Assembly (NCBI GenBank): GCA_049521795.1 | Contig: JBEKOM010000003.1 | Span: 32,001 to 96,000 of the forward strand | Origin: Candidatus Bathyarchaeia archaeon | GTDB lineage: Archaea; Thermoproteota; Bathyarchaeia; Bathyarchaeales; Bathycorpusculaceae | Direction of reading: 5' to 3' | DNA length: 64,000 nt | In this document: positions 9,291-19,214 of the stretch, one piece after another | Layout of the letters: each line of letters begins with the position of its first letter | How positions within the stretch are numbered: position 1 is the first letter of the stretch | The notes under the pieces: model-generated | Told to the model about the DNA's origin: nothing | The model's input: the letters and a program-made list of their open reading frames with translations, nothing else | The model's database searches: none | Translations under genes and position numbers: made by a program

Positions 9291-10991
9291 ATGAAAATGG
9301 GAGAGAAGAAGAAAACAGAGACTCGCAACCTTGGGTTGACAGAGCGCATAATCAGGTTTGGCCGTAGACTCCGGCTCGCTAGGATTCACGTAGAACTGCG
9401 CAGACCTAGAAGAAGCCAACAGCCCAGAAAGTCTTTCGCGGACGTGCTCGCCAAGAAGCCGCAGCCTCAGCCTTCTACCGTCATCTTCAAGAAGCTTCCA
9501 CAGAACACTCAGATAACAGAAACTTACGCGACGCAATCTCCCTACTCAAGGGTCGCAATAGCATCACTTCCTGAACTAGGCGGTGGCAAAGCCTACTACA
9601 TTGAAGAGGTCGAACTCACACAAAACGAAAAAGAAACCCTGCAGAAACTCATGGACGTAACAAGCAAGGAATTGGAACCTCCCAAGACAGACATGAACCC
9701 AAAACTCCACGTTGCAAACGAGGCACGCAGACTGGCCAAGAAATACGCTCTGGCAAAGAAACTCAGTGAAGACTCATGGTCGAAAGTCCAGTACTACCTT
9801 CAAAGGAACCTCGTCGGCTTCGGAGACATCGACGTCATCATGAACGACCCCATGATCGAAGACCTGTCAGTGAACGGTGTCGGACTACCGGTTTACGTGT
9901 GGCACAGAAAATACGAAAGCATGCCCACAAACCTCACATTCACCGATGAAACTGCCCTCGACAACCTAATTGTGAAGCTTACCCACCTGGCCAGCAAACA
10001 CATCTCAACAGCCTTCCCCATCCTCGATGCCATGCTGCCCGGAAAAGACAGACTCGCAGCTACCTTCAGACGGGAAGTCTCGCCGAAAGGCGGCTCCTTC
10101 AGCATAAGAAGGTTCAGAGAAGAACCCTTCTCCATAATCGACCTAGTCGAACTGGGCACCCTGAACGAGGAGATCGCAGCCTACTTCTGGCTCCTCATAG
10201 AGAACAGAATGACAATCGCCGTCATAGGCGGCACGGGCGCCGGGAAAACGAGCACCTTGAACGCTCTGGCAAGCTTAGTCAAACCGTCGATGAAAATAGT
10301 GACGGTCGAAGAGATCCCCGAGCTCAACATACCTCACGAGAACTGGGTTCAACTGGTAAGCCGCGAAAGCTACGGGCTCGGCATCATGAAAACCGGCGAA
10401 GTCACCCTCTTCGATCTGGTGAAAACTTCTCTGCGGTACAGGCCGGACTACATTGTTTTGGGCGAAGTCCGCGGTGAAGAGGCGTTCGTGCTCTTCCAAG
10501 CTTTGGCCACCGGCCACGGAGGTCTAACGACGCTTCATGCTGATAGTTTGGACTACGCGGTTAAGAGGTTGACTAGCCCCCCGATGAACGTGGCTGAACC
10601 TTACATTCGGCTGATCAACGTGGCCGCTCTCGTAGAGCGAGTTCAACTGCCCAACGCGGCTACGGGCATAACGTTTGGAAGAAGGATCAAATCGATTGTT
10701 GAAGTCCTCGATTATGAGAAATACAAGACAGTCAGCTCATGGAATCCGGTGAAGGACAGCTTTAAGGTGGACTTCGCGGACAGCGAGCATCTCAGAAACG
10801 TCGCCTCAAGGCAAGGTTTACAACTAGAGGACGTTTTGGAAGAGTTGGCAGCGCGGGCCCTCTTTCTCCATGAACTCAAAGCTAAGGGCGTGAGAAAGAA
10901 CGTTGATCTTGCAAAACAAATCACAGGTTACTACGCAGAAGCAAAGCTGCCGCGTGCTGAGACGATCAAAAAGGGTGTGGCACAGAGATGA
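9291..10991 (+). CDS. Type IV pilus assembly ATPase (FlaI/AapE/VirB11 family)
   Basis: Walker A GGTGAGKTS, LRYRPDYIVLGEVRGEEA, GHGGLTTLHA; start placed at MKMGEK. Confidence 0.93.
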   Translation: MKMGEKKKTETRNLGLTERIIRFGRRLRLARIHVELRRPRRSQQPRKSFADVLAKKPQPQPSTVIFKKLPQNTQITETYATQSPYSRVAIASLPELGGGKAYYIEEVELTQNEKETLQKLMDVTSKELEPPKTDMNPKLHVANEARRLAKKYALAKKLSEDSWSKVQYYLQRNLVGFGDIDVIMNDPMIEDLSVNGVGLPVYVWHRKYESMPTNLTFTDETALDNLIVKLTHLASKHISTAFPILDAMLPGKDRLAATFRREVSPKGGSFSIRRFREEPFSIIDLVELGTLNEEIAAYFWLLIENRMTIAVIGGTGAGKTSTLNALASLVKPSMKIVTVEEIPELNIPHENWVQLVSRESYGLGIMKTGEVTLFDLVKTSLRYRPDYIVLGEVRGEEAFVLFQALATGHGGLTTLHADSLDYAVKRLTSPPMNVAEPYIRLINVAALVERVQLPNAATGITFGRRIKSIVEVLDYEKYKTVSSWNPVKDSFKVDFADSEHLRNVASRQGLQLEDVLEELAARALFLHELKAKGVRKNVDLAKQITGYYAEAKLPRAETIKKGVAQR

Positions 10992-12757
10992 AAACAGCGA
11001 AAACCAAGTTCTCCTTCGCAAGCTTCAGTTATCGGCATTTCGGCTGGATGGGCCAGATAATGGGAAGAGCATTCTACTCAAACGGTCACGTCAAACTTGA
11101 AGACTCCTTGAAAGACACCGGGCTTAGAATATACCCTGAAGCCTACTTCTCCATGATCGGTTTCCTCTTCCTGCTCTCCATAGCCTTGACGGCCGTTGCA
11201 GTGATCTTGACTGGTTTCATCTTTCTCGTTCCAGCTCCACTATTGATCATACTGTTCGGCTACGCCGTCCCGAAGATAATCGCCAAGGATCGAGCTCAAA
11301 AACTCGACCTGGAAGTTCCTTTCGCAGGAACGTACATTAGCGTGATGGCAACAGGCGGATTGTCGCCCTACGCTAGTCTGAGAAGGCTTAAGAACTGCGA
11401 CCTGCTCCCCCACATTTCCAAAGTCACCCAGGACATAGAAATCGACGTTCGCATAAAGGGAGTAGACCCGGTCTCTGCCATGGAAAAGTCTGCCAAGAAT
11501 CTTCCCTCCAAAGACTACAAGGAGCTGATGCTCGGATACGCGTCTTCGCTGAGAACAGGCGGAGACGTGATTCACTACCTTCTCGTCCGCACAGAAACGA
11601 TGTTTAATGATTTGGCCGTGAAAGTTAAGTCCTTCGGCGAAAGAGCCGGCATGCTCATGGAATCTTACATAACCGTTAGCATTCTTATGACGCTAGTCCT
11701 CACCATAATGTTTATGACAACTATGTCTCTTCAGCAGTTCTGGCAAGGCTCCGTGTCCGCAAGTTCATTCCTGATGTACGGCTACCTAATAGTGCCGGTG
11801 GTCTCCATGTTGTTCATCTACCTTTCAGACTCGCAGCAGATAAGCCAGCCCGTCAGCGACTGGGCACCCTACAAAGTCTTTCTCGCAACGCTGCCGATCA
11901 TGTTTTTCCTGATCTTAACAATGTTTCTTCCTTTTGCAATTCAGATAACGCTGCCCTTCGCTCCGCCGTTCGCGGGATTTGTGACGTGGCTCAGATCCGC
12001 CTTCGGTCTGCAACAGGGTTACGAAGCGGCCATCGGCATGGGAATCGCACTTCTTGCGGGGTCAATCCCGGCGGCTGTTGCTCACAGCTACTACGGGAGA
12101 AGGGGGAAAGGAGTGGAACACGACGTTACCAACTTCATGAGAGACCTGACCGAGACTCGCAAGACAGGAGCGTCGCCAGAAAGCTGCATAGAAAACCTAT
12201 CTGAAAGGAACTACGGCAAGTTCACACCGATTCTCAAGGAAGCTTCACGACAGATCCAATGGGGACTGCCATTCGGAGTGATTTACGAAACTTTTAAGAA
12301 GAAAATCAAATCGTGGCTTGCCCTCATCAACATTTACCTCCTAGTCGACGCCATCGACGTCGGCGGAGGAACCCCCGAAACCCTGGAAACGCTCACGCAC
12401 TTTAGCGAAGCGCTCACTTCCCTGGAAAAAGAGAAAAAAGAAGCCCTTCGACCCTTGCTTCTTATGCCCTACGTGGGCGCCGGCATCCTCCTCATTTCAA
12501 CCATCGTCTTCCTGGGCTTCAGCCAGAGCATTCTCGGTTCCTTCGGCCACCAAACTATTCCCTTCGCCCAAGTGGTGACACTGATATTGCCGCCGCTCAT
12601 GGTTCAAACCTTCTTCATCGGCCTAGTCAGCGGAAAAATAAGCTCAGGAGAAACATCCGCAGGCTTCAAACACGCCGTAATCCTCATGATAGTAGCGCTG
12701 GCACTCCTACCGCTAGTCGGCTACATCACATCACCCTTACAAGGAGGATTCGGATAG
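10988..12757 (+). CDS. Type IV pilus membrane platform protein (FlaJ/TadC/AapF family, two T2SSF domains)
   Basis: Multiple TM segments, two T2SSF-like domains, overlaps the ATPase stop. Confidence 0.9.
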   Translation: MKTAKTKFSFASFSYRHFGWMGQIMGRAFYSNGHVKLEDSLKDTGLRIYPEAYFSMIGFLFLLSIALTAVAVILTGFIFLVPAPLLIILFGYAVPKIIAKDRAQKLDLEVPFAGTYISVMATGGLSPYASLRRLKNCDLLPHISKVTQDIEIDVRIKGVDPVSAMEKSAKNLPSKDYKELMLGYASSLRTGGDVIHYLLVRTETMFNDLAVKVKSFGERAGMLMESYITVSILMTLVLTIMFMTTMSLQQFWQGSVSASSFLMYGYLIVPVVSMLFIYLSDSQQISQPVSDWAPYKVFLATLPIMFFLILTMFLPFAIQITLPFAPPFAGFVTWLRSAFGLQQGYEAAIGMGIALLAGSIPAAVAHSYYGRRGKGVEHDVTNFMRDLTETRKTGASPESCIENLSERNYGKFTPILKEASRQIQWGLPFGVIYETFKKKIKSWLALINIYLLVDAIDVGGGTPETLETLTHFSEALTSLEKEKKEALRPLLLMPYVGAGILLISTIVFLGFSQSILGSFGHQTIPFAQVVTLILPPLMVQTFFIGLVSGKISSGETSAGFKHAVILMIVALALLPLVGYITSPLQGGFG

Positions 12758-13022
12758 ACGTCAGACAGATCAGAGACGTGCGCTGCTGAAGAAAGAGCAA
12801 GAGTATAGTATAGTAAGTTGGTGAGTCGGAGTCGTAAAGTAAGGGGGTTTGGGTTTGGGGGAAGCTTTATGACCGACCGACCACGTGAGACGCCTGCCCC
12901 TGACCTGACGCTGGAAAAGGAGGGGCGCGCGCTAGGGATGCACTGTACTCGGCTGTGACAACAGTAGGGCTAGTCTTCGGAAGCATAGTTGTCCTTAAAC
13001 AGCTGACAATGCTGTGATAAGA

Positions 13023-13088
13023 ATGAGAGACAGGCTGGAAATAACGTACGAGATACTCGATATATGCATCGACGGAGCGCGCGCCTAA
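13023..13088 (+). pseudogene. N-terminal fragment of a COG3432-like wHTH gene
   Basis: MRDRLEITYEILDICIDGARA* resembles the N-terminus of the 7975-8370 family and ends at GCGCGCGC (13077-13084). Confidence 0.5.
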
Positions 13089-13221
13089 ACCGCTCAAACA
13101 TTGCCACTCATGAACATGACCCAGAAAAGAAAGGTCATGCGCACGCAATAGAACATTTCTTCATAAATGATATAAACAGATCATAACATCAATACCCTAA
13201 CAAAAGAGAAGGGAGAAAAGA

Positions 13222-14583
13222 ATGAAGAATACTTTAGCGAAAGTTACCTCCACACTAATGATTGTAACAACACTTCTCGGCTTCGCAGCAGTCTTCACAG
13301 TAAACGTAGCAAAAGCACAGCCACCAGCACTCCTGTTTGTCGATCCCCAGAACAACATCTTTCAACCGCCAACCATGAACGTTGGCTCAACGTTCCTAGT
13401 GAACGTCTCAGTCGCAAACATGACGAACATCGCAGGAATGCAGTTCCAGCTCAGTTGGGACCATAATCTCCTCAAGTGCAACAGCATGGCCGACGTGTTC
13501 TTCAGCGACCCACTCATAACGCTGCCCGCTGACATTCCGAGCAACATTAACGTCATCAAGAAAACCTTCAACAACACTGCAGGAACCGCAACCTACGGCA
13601 TCACGTGGACGGACGGTGGTCTGGCAGCATCAGAAGGCTACGAGCCAGCAAACATAACGACTACCGGCAGCGCAGTCGGCATACCCAGCTACTCATGGCC
13701 ACAAGGAAAGCACGGAGTTGCCGCATTCAACTTCACCGTGCTTCAAGCACCAAACTCCACGGTGCCCAGCCTCAGCAGCGCCCTCCACATAAGCAACGAC
13801 ATACTAGGTGACCTCAACGGCCTCCCGATTAGCCACACAGACGTGGACGGGCTGTACAAGAACAGCATCACCATAACAGGACCGTACTTCTCAATGGCGA
13901 CTCAGGGATCAGGCGCATCAGGATCAAACTACACTGCACACAGCGTAGGCGAGATCTTCAACGTAACCGTGAGTGTGAACAACCTGGACGCTGCCCTGAA
14001 GGCAGTCGGGTTCCAGTTCATACTGGGCTACAACAGCAGCCTGCTGCAGGTGTTGAGCGTTTCCGAAGGCCCATGGCTGCCACCATTCGGAGTTTCGCCA
14101 GACCAGGGCACAACGTTCTACCAGCGCTTAGGCTTCAACGCCACAATCAACCAAGACTTCGTAGCGGTTGGAGACCTTGTTGAGCCAGATGTCAACGCCA
14201 CGTGGCACGAGCCGTTCCCAAGCGGTACAGGAGTGATAGCGATAATCACATTCAACGCGACCCTGCAAAGTCCGCGCGGAGGCTCCGACCTAACATGTCC
14301 TCTCACACCGTTCGACACGATCATCGCCGACACGAGCGCCGCCGTCCTACCACAGAGCCAAGCTCCAGTTTCAGGCACGTACATTGTGAAGTCCAAGTCC
14401 ATTCCTGGAGATTTGGACCATGATGGCAAAGTGGACATCCTAGACGCGATAATAGCGGCTAAGGCCTTCGGTTCTCACCCTGGAAGCGCAAACTGGAACC
14501 CAGACGCTGATTTGAACGGCGACGGAACGATCAACATCCTCGACATAATACTGCTTGCTAACAACTTCGGACGCACGTCATAA
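13222..14583 (+). CDS. Secreted protein with two cohesin-like domains and a C-terminal dockerin-like EF-hand pair
   Basis: Signal peptide; two FxVxVSVxN...L.W/Y...LL beta-sandwich repeats; GDLDHDGKVDILD and DLNGDGTINILD. Confidence 0.82.
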   Translation: MKNTLAKVTSTLMIVTTLLGFAAVFTVNVAKAQPPALLFVDPQNNIFQPPTMNVGSTFLVNVSVANMTNIAGMQFQLSWDHNLLKCNSMADVFFSDPLITLPADIPSNINVIKKTFNNTAGTATYGITWTDGGLAASEGYEPANITTTGSAVGIPSYSWPQGKHGVAAFNFTVLQAPNSTVPSLSSALHISNDILGDLNGLPISHTDVDGLYKNSITITGPYFSMATQGSGASGSNYTAHSVGEIFNVTVSVNNLDAALKAVGFQFILGYNSSLLQVLSVSEGPWLPPFGVSPDQGTTFYQRLGFNATINQDFVAVGDLVEPDVNATWHEPFPSGTGVIAIITFNATLQSPRGGSDLTCPLTPFDTIIADTSAAVLPQSQAPVSGTYIVKSKSIPGDLDHDGKVDILDAIIAAKAFGSHPGSANWNPDADLNGDGTINILDIILLANNFGRTS

Positions 14584-14854
14584 CTCTCTCCGCTTTTTTT
14601 TGCAAATCCAGCCCGCGCGCGCTCGTGAAGAACAGCCCTCACTACGTCACTACCGAGAAAGGAAGGGAACTCAGGAACCTACTGCTCAGGGTGAAGCACT
14701 ATGATGCGTAGGCTGTTCGATAGTGTTTTGGACTTCCTTGACAGCGTAACGAACCGATGGAGGCACAGAAACAAGTGCAGCTTGGCAAGCAAATGCATAG
14801 CCTACTACGACAACTCCTTTACCTGCCGAAGCGAGTATCAGGCGCGCGCTACTG

Positions 14855-15490
14855 ATGCAAAGAGTTCAGGGAGGAGGCAAGTTTTATGGAATTGATATTT
14901 CACAGAAGATGCTTGACTTGGCAAGAGCAAGAGGTGCAGGTCTCGGCTATGCTAATGTTGAGTTCAGTAAAGGAGATGCTGAACAACTGGATTTTCCAGA
15001 ATCCAATTTTGACCTGGCAATCAGCAATCAGGCATTTTTCTTTTTTCCAGACAAGCAAAAAGCCTTGAACGAAGTGTTCAGAGTCCTTAAACCCATGGGA
15101 CAAACAGCCTTACTTTTCTTTGCTGAACCAACCTTCAGAGAGGTTAAAGAGATATATGATAGGATCAAGAATCGTCACACCGCGTCTGTCTTGCCTGAAT
15201 CTCTGAAACTCATAGGCCTCGAAGAAACTCATGAGCTTTTTGACAAAGCGGGATTCAAGAAAACCAGAATCTTCGGCATTCACCAAATTGACTATGTTGA
15301 TCCTTCCAAGTATGCACCTATGATTGAATCACCTCAATCCTTGTTTAGGATCAACCTGCCACCAGACCTCTCGCTGGAATTGGCAGAGATGGTGATCAAG
15401 AAAACAAAGGAAGAGATGACGAAAGCAAAGACAGACAAGGGCTTCAAAGTGACAATCTACAGTATACTCGCATACGCCCAGAAAGGCTGA
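14855..15490 (+). pseudogene. N-terminally truncated class I SAM methyltransferase (UbiE-like)
   Basis: GIDISQKML, GDAEQLDFPESNFDL and EVFRVLKP present but motif I (LDxGxG) absent; begins directly after GGCGCGCGCT (14841-14850). Confidence 0.65.
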
Positions 15491-15530
15491 TTCGACACCC
15501 AAGATGTAATTTGGCCTTGTTCGTCGAATT

Positions 15531-15645
15531 TCTTTGGGTTTGAGATAAAACCTTACCCTTTCTCTCTCTCCTTCTTTACTTCTATTACCTACTACTATCT
15601 TCTGTCAGACAGACAGGCAAACAGACAGACAAACACACATAGAAC
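15531..15645 (+). repeat. Cassette-end element A (left type)
   Basis: TTTGGGTTTG-AGATAAAACCTTACCC (15543-15558) followed by CT-rich then CA-rich tracts. Confidence 0.75.
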
Positions 15646-15723
15646 TACAGTCTGTGATTTTGCGGAAAAGTTATAGCTGAACCGAGGTAGACTACATTGT
15701 TTGGCAATTGATAGGTGTTATGG

Positions 15724-16179
15724 ATGGTTGGCATTTCAGAGATATCTACGGTAGTGGCAGCGGCAGGCGTGTTGATAGGTGTGGTTCTTACTGTCGTGGA
15801 GCTGAGAAATCTGGTCAAACAGAGAAAGACCGACCTAGTGACGAACTTGTATTCAATTTACTCCTCGGAAGGGTTTCAAAAAGAGTGGCACACGTTCATG
15901 ACAGAAGAACTTGGCAGCCTTAAGACGTATCAAGACAAGTTTGGTGTGGAGTTTCCGCCGTCCGCAGTATTCTTCAACGAAATAGGGATTCTTCTGGAAA
16001 AAGGACTGATTGATGTCAACTTGGTCAACAGTCTTTTCGGCGGCGTCATTCCGAGATATTGGAAGAAGTTCAAGCCTTTCCTCGAAACTTGCAGAAGGGA
16101 AATCAATCAACCGAAATTGGGTCGAGGACTAGAATATCTGGGCAACGAAATCCAGAAACTTCAATCCAAGAAGGGTTAG
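15724..16179 (+). CDS. DUF4760-like membrane-anchored protein
   Basis: MVGISEISTVVAAAGVLIGVV TM, RKTDLV, FFNEIGILLEKGLID, LEYL. Confidence 0.75.
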   Translation: MVGISEISTVVAAAGVLIGVVLTVVELRNLVKQRKTDLVTNLYSIYSSEGFQKEWHTFMTEELGSLKTYQDKFGVEFPPSAVFFNEIGILLEKGLIDVNLVNSLFGGVIPRYWKKFKPFLETCRREINQPKLGRGLEYLGNEIQKLQSKKG

Positions 16180-16180
16180 A

Positions 16181-16636
16181 ATGGTTGACGTAACAGAGAT
16201 TTCAGCTATTGTTGCGGCTGCAGGTGTGTTAGTAGGTGTTGTCTTGACGGTTCTTGAGATCAGAAATCTAGTCAGGCAGAGACAGACAGACCTTATAATG
16301 AAACTCTACTCGGATTTCGACAATATCGAATTCCAGAAGGTATGGAGGGAGGTTTTGAACAGAGAGGCCAAGGATAGTCTTGATTATGAGAAAAAATATG
16401 GCTTGGCTGAATTTACCGCGGTTGGCATGTTCTTTGAAGGAATCGGTATTCTTCTTAAAAGAAAACTCATAGACATAGACCTAGTCGACGACATGTTCAC
16501 GACTCCTATCAAATGGACATGGGAAAAGATGAAAGATATAGTATTGGAAGCCAGAAAGGTCAGAAATCAACCAGAGATATTGGAGTGGTTTGAATACCTT
16601 TATAACGAAATGAAGAAAAGAGAACAACGACAGTAG
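16181..16636 (+). CDS. DUF4760-like membrane-anchored protein (paralogue)
   Basis: N-terminal TM, RQTDLI, FFEGIGILLKRKLID, WFEYLYNEMKKRE. Confidence 0.8.
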   Translation: MVDVTEISAIVAAAGVLVGVVLTVLEIRNLVRQRQTDLIMKLYSDFDNIEFQKVWREVLNREAKDSLDYEKKYGLAEFTAVGMFFEGIGILLKRKLIDIDLVDDMFTTPIKWTWEKMKDIVLEARKVRNQPEILEWFEYLYNEMKKREQRQ

Positions 16637-16707
16637 AGTCTTGTTCTACGGTTGAGATGAAACGCTGTCGCACTTTTGAACAAGTTAAAATAACGTTGGC
16701 AATTTGA

Positions 16708-16938
16708 ATGGGTTACAAGTGGCGTGGAACAAGTGGTCAGTTGAGACTGGTTGAATTGGAATGCAGACGTCTAGGAATACCAACTGGCGCGCGGGAAACG
16801 AGAAGGGTTTATGCTCGTGGAAGAGAGGTAGCTGCAAGTGTAGCTGTAACGTGGAGACATCAAACTGTAACTGTGAAGGGTGACTTTCAAGACCGTTACA
16901 GAGACCTTAAGACGGGTCGTTTCATCAGGGAGCCTTAG
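16708..16938 (+). CDS. Small basic hypothetical protein
   Basis: ATG ORF of 76 aa ending RDLKTGRFIREP. Confidence 0.35.
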   Translation: MGYKWRGTSGQLRLVELECRRLGIPTGARETRRVYARGREVAASVAVTWRHQTVTVKGDFQDRYRDLKTGRFIREP

Positions 16939-17029
16939 AAAAACAGAATTCCGATGAACCGCTGACGTGTGCGATACGTTTGCTAGGCAAGTGCTGAATT
17001 TAGCGTAGCAAACGGGCGCAGACAATTTA

Positions 17030-17554
17030 TTATGGTTTCTTCTGGCTCTTTTTCACAAGGTGTTGGGCTATTGCTGACATGCTTAGGAGCCTGTAGTTTG
17101 TTTCGTCGTGCAGGTCGACTAGAAAGCTCTCAATGCTATCAACGTTGATGAAGGGAAGTTGTCTTGTCAGTCTCAAGGCTTCTACATAGGCTGAATAGTC
17201 TTCATAAAACGTTATGAAGAGCCTATTCTTGTTGCGGTTAATGCCGCTCACGGCCATTAAGGATGCGTGGGGATGCTTTTTTTCGACTTCAGCGGCCAAC
17301 TTTCTAATTTCTTTGAATCCTTCTTTGTAGGGCTGGTCACGAACTGCAATAGATGTGATCCCCATAATCTCGTAACCCAGCTTGCTGAAATCAGGTATTA
17401 TCGTGTATTCTTTAATATAGCCTTCTTTCTCCAGTTTCTTTATCGTTCTACTTATCGTGGGTTGAGAAACACCCAAGGCCTTAGCCAGTTCTCTGTCGCT
17501 TCTCCTGCAATTCTTCATAAGTTCAGATATCAATCTCAATTCGACATCTTTCAT
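17030..17554 (-). CDS. Lrp/AsnC family transcriptional regulator
   Basis: RRSDRELAKALGVSQPTISRTIKKLEKEGYIKEYT HTH; PDFSKLGY linker. Confidence 0.9.
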   Translation of the reverse strand: MKDVELRLISELMKNCRRSDRELAKALGVSQPTISRTIKKLEKEGYIKEYTIIPDFSKLGYEIMGITSIAVRDQPYKEGFKEIRKLAAEVEKKHPHASLMAVSGINRNKNRLFITFYEDYSAYVEALRLTRQLPFINVDSIESFLVDLHDETNYRLLSMSAIAQHLVKKSQKKP

Positions 17555-17610
17555 GACTCTCCTTGTTGATTGTGAAAGGATTTGAATCCATCGGTTGACG
17601 CCCGAAACTT

Positions 17611-17745
17611 AAGCGCGAGCTTCGGTGTTTGTGTGTGCGTGTGTGTGTTTTTTACTTGTTTGTTTTTTTAGAGAGAGTGAGTGAGAGAGTTAGAGAGAGG
17701 TAGTAGGAGAGAGAGAAAAAGATAAAACCTTACCCCAACCAACCC
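17611..17745 (-). repeat. Cassette-end element B (right type, mirror of A)
   Basis: TG-rich then GA-rich arm, AGATAAAACCTTACCC (17720-17735), then CAACCAACCC. Confidence 0.75.
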
Positions 17746-17797
17746 GATCTAAAAAGACGAGGAAAAAAGAATGGAACTGACAGAAGATGAGGTGATT

Positions 17798-18112
17798 CTA
17801 TTTGGCTTTTTTCAGCATTTTCAGAATTTCTTCGTTCTTGCTCACAATCTTTCTTTCCATTGTATTCCATGAGAGCCATGCCATAATGCACGGTTCCATT
17901 TGGAGTTTTTGCATGGCGTCAAGACTCCCTTCGAACACCATGTATATTATGTGTTCTGGGAAGTCAGTCCATGAGCCAAGTAGCTTTGTTCCATGTTTCT
18001 TCGTCAGGCTGTCCATTGTAGATAATAATTCCAAAGTGCTCTTTCGATGTTTCTCATGAAAAGCAGGGCAGTTGTCAGGAGTATGCCTACTTATCCACAT
18101 GAATACTGGCAT
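17798..18112 (-). CDS. Small hypothetical protein (DUF3303/GYD-like ferredoxin-fold)
   Basis: MPVFMWISRHTPDNCP...KKHGTKLLGSW...EHIIYMVFE pattern; start at ATG 18112. Confidence 0.6.
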   Translation of the reverse strand: MPVFMWISRHTPDNCPAFHEKHRKSTLELLSTMDSLTKKHGTKLLGSWTDFPEHIIYMVFEGSLDAMQKLQMEPCIMAWLSWNTMERKIVSKNEEILKMLKKAK

Positions 18113-18311
18113 AGTCCAACCTAATTCAGAACACTTTATAAATTTTACGGATGGTTTGGGTTCGCGCGCGCTAACCCAACGCACACTTTGCGCAGCTGGA
18201 AGAAGCTTTAGCAGATGATACAGTTAGGATTTTCTGCTTTTCATGGAAGTCTAGCGAGATTGCAAAGTGTTAAATGCGATATACACTGATGCTTTTCTGG
18301 GGGTGAGAAAG

Positions 18312-18725
18312 TTGGTTTTAGGGGAAAAACTGTGGGAGGAAAAGGGCAAAGTGGTAGCGATGTCAATCAAATCCGTAGGGCCTGAAGGTGTACACATGGA
18401 ACAGACTTTTACGAGCGTAGTGAAGGGTTTTGGCCGAGCCCCAAGCGGCACAAACATGGGAACATTAGACCTTGTCCAGGCTCCTGACGGAGGCTACAGC
18501 GGAAGCGGTCAAGGGATATTCACGTCCCAGGACGGGGATACCGTGATTTGGAAGATTCACTTCTTTGGTAAGATGGAAGCAGGCAAGAGCCGGGACTTTA
18601 ACGTCGCAAGGTTTTGGACTGCCTCTCAAAAGCTCGCTTGGATGAACGGGGCCATCGCTGCTATAGAAGGCACTGCTGACATGAAGACTATGGAGTTGAG
18701 CGGCACAGGTTACGAGTGGAAGTAG
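18312..18725 (+). CDS. Hypothetical beta-rich protein
   Basis: LGEKLWEEKGK...GSGQGIFTSQDGD...KLAWMNG...YEWK; TTG start after GGGTGAG. Confidence 0.65.
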   Translation: MVLGEKLWEEKGKVVAMSIKSVGPEGVHMEQTFTSVVKGFGRAPSGTNMGTLDLVQAPDGGYSGSGQGIFTSQDGDTVIWKIHFFGKMEAGKSRDFNVARFWTASQKLAWMNGAIAAIEGTADMKTMELSGTGYEWK

Positions 18726-19005
18726 GCGAGAATTGCGCTTGTCCACTTCCAATTGCCTTTCCTTTTTCATTTTGAGTTGTTCTAATAATTCAAGACAGAA
18801 GCGTCATGATAAATAACTTAACATCCATGGACCCTAATCGAACAGAATCACCCAACACACTCTTTTTCTTCCAGAAGAAGAGGAGGAGAAGAGGTAACGC
18901 CAAGTGTGCTCATAAGGAAGTCCAAGGGATTATTGGTAGCCGCAAAAAGACCGGAGACGCAACCTGTAAGGGTCTCGGGTTTTCAAGGGCGTGCGCACTG
19001 AGGAA

Positions 19006-19103
19006 TGGTGGGCCCGGGGCGATTTGAACACCCGACCAACAGGTCTCTCAACGCGATGAACATTTATGAGCCTGGCGCTCTAACCGGGCTGAGCTACGGG
19101 CCC
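19006..19103 (-). tRNA. tRNA-Ile2 (CAU anticodon) with a 20-nt intron at 37/38 (19045-19064), CCA encoded
   Basis: GGGCCCG acceptor stem (Ile-type rather than Met-type); CTCA/TGAG bulge-helix-bulge; TTCAAAT T-loop. Confidence 0.88.
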
Positions 19104-19214
19104 AGACGTTGGTTTGATCCCTTTAGTATGCTGTTTCAGAGTCAATTTAAACGTTTTCCGCATCTGGGCCACTGTAATGAAAGCGCGGGCGTCACAGGCA
19201 GAACCAGCGTGTAA

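Noticed and set aside
12843-12861. G-quadruplex at GGGGGTTTGGGTTTGGGGG
   Set aside because: Only three G-tracts; better explained as an outer-arm-like sequence.
18806-19214. ORFs overlapping tRNA-Ile2 as a split (SSV-type) integrase fragment
   Set aside because: No recognisable integrase motifs and no att duplicate; likely translations of the tRNA.
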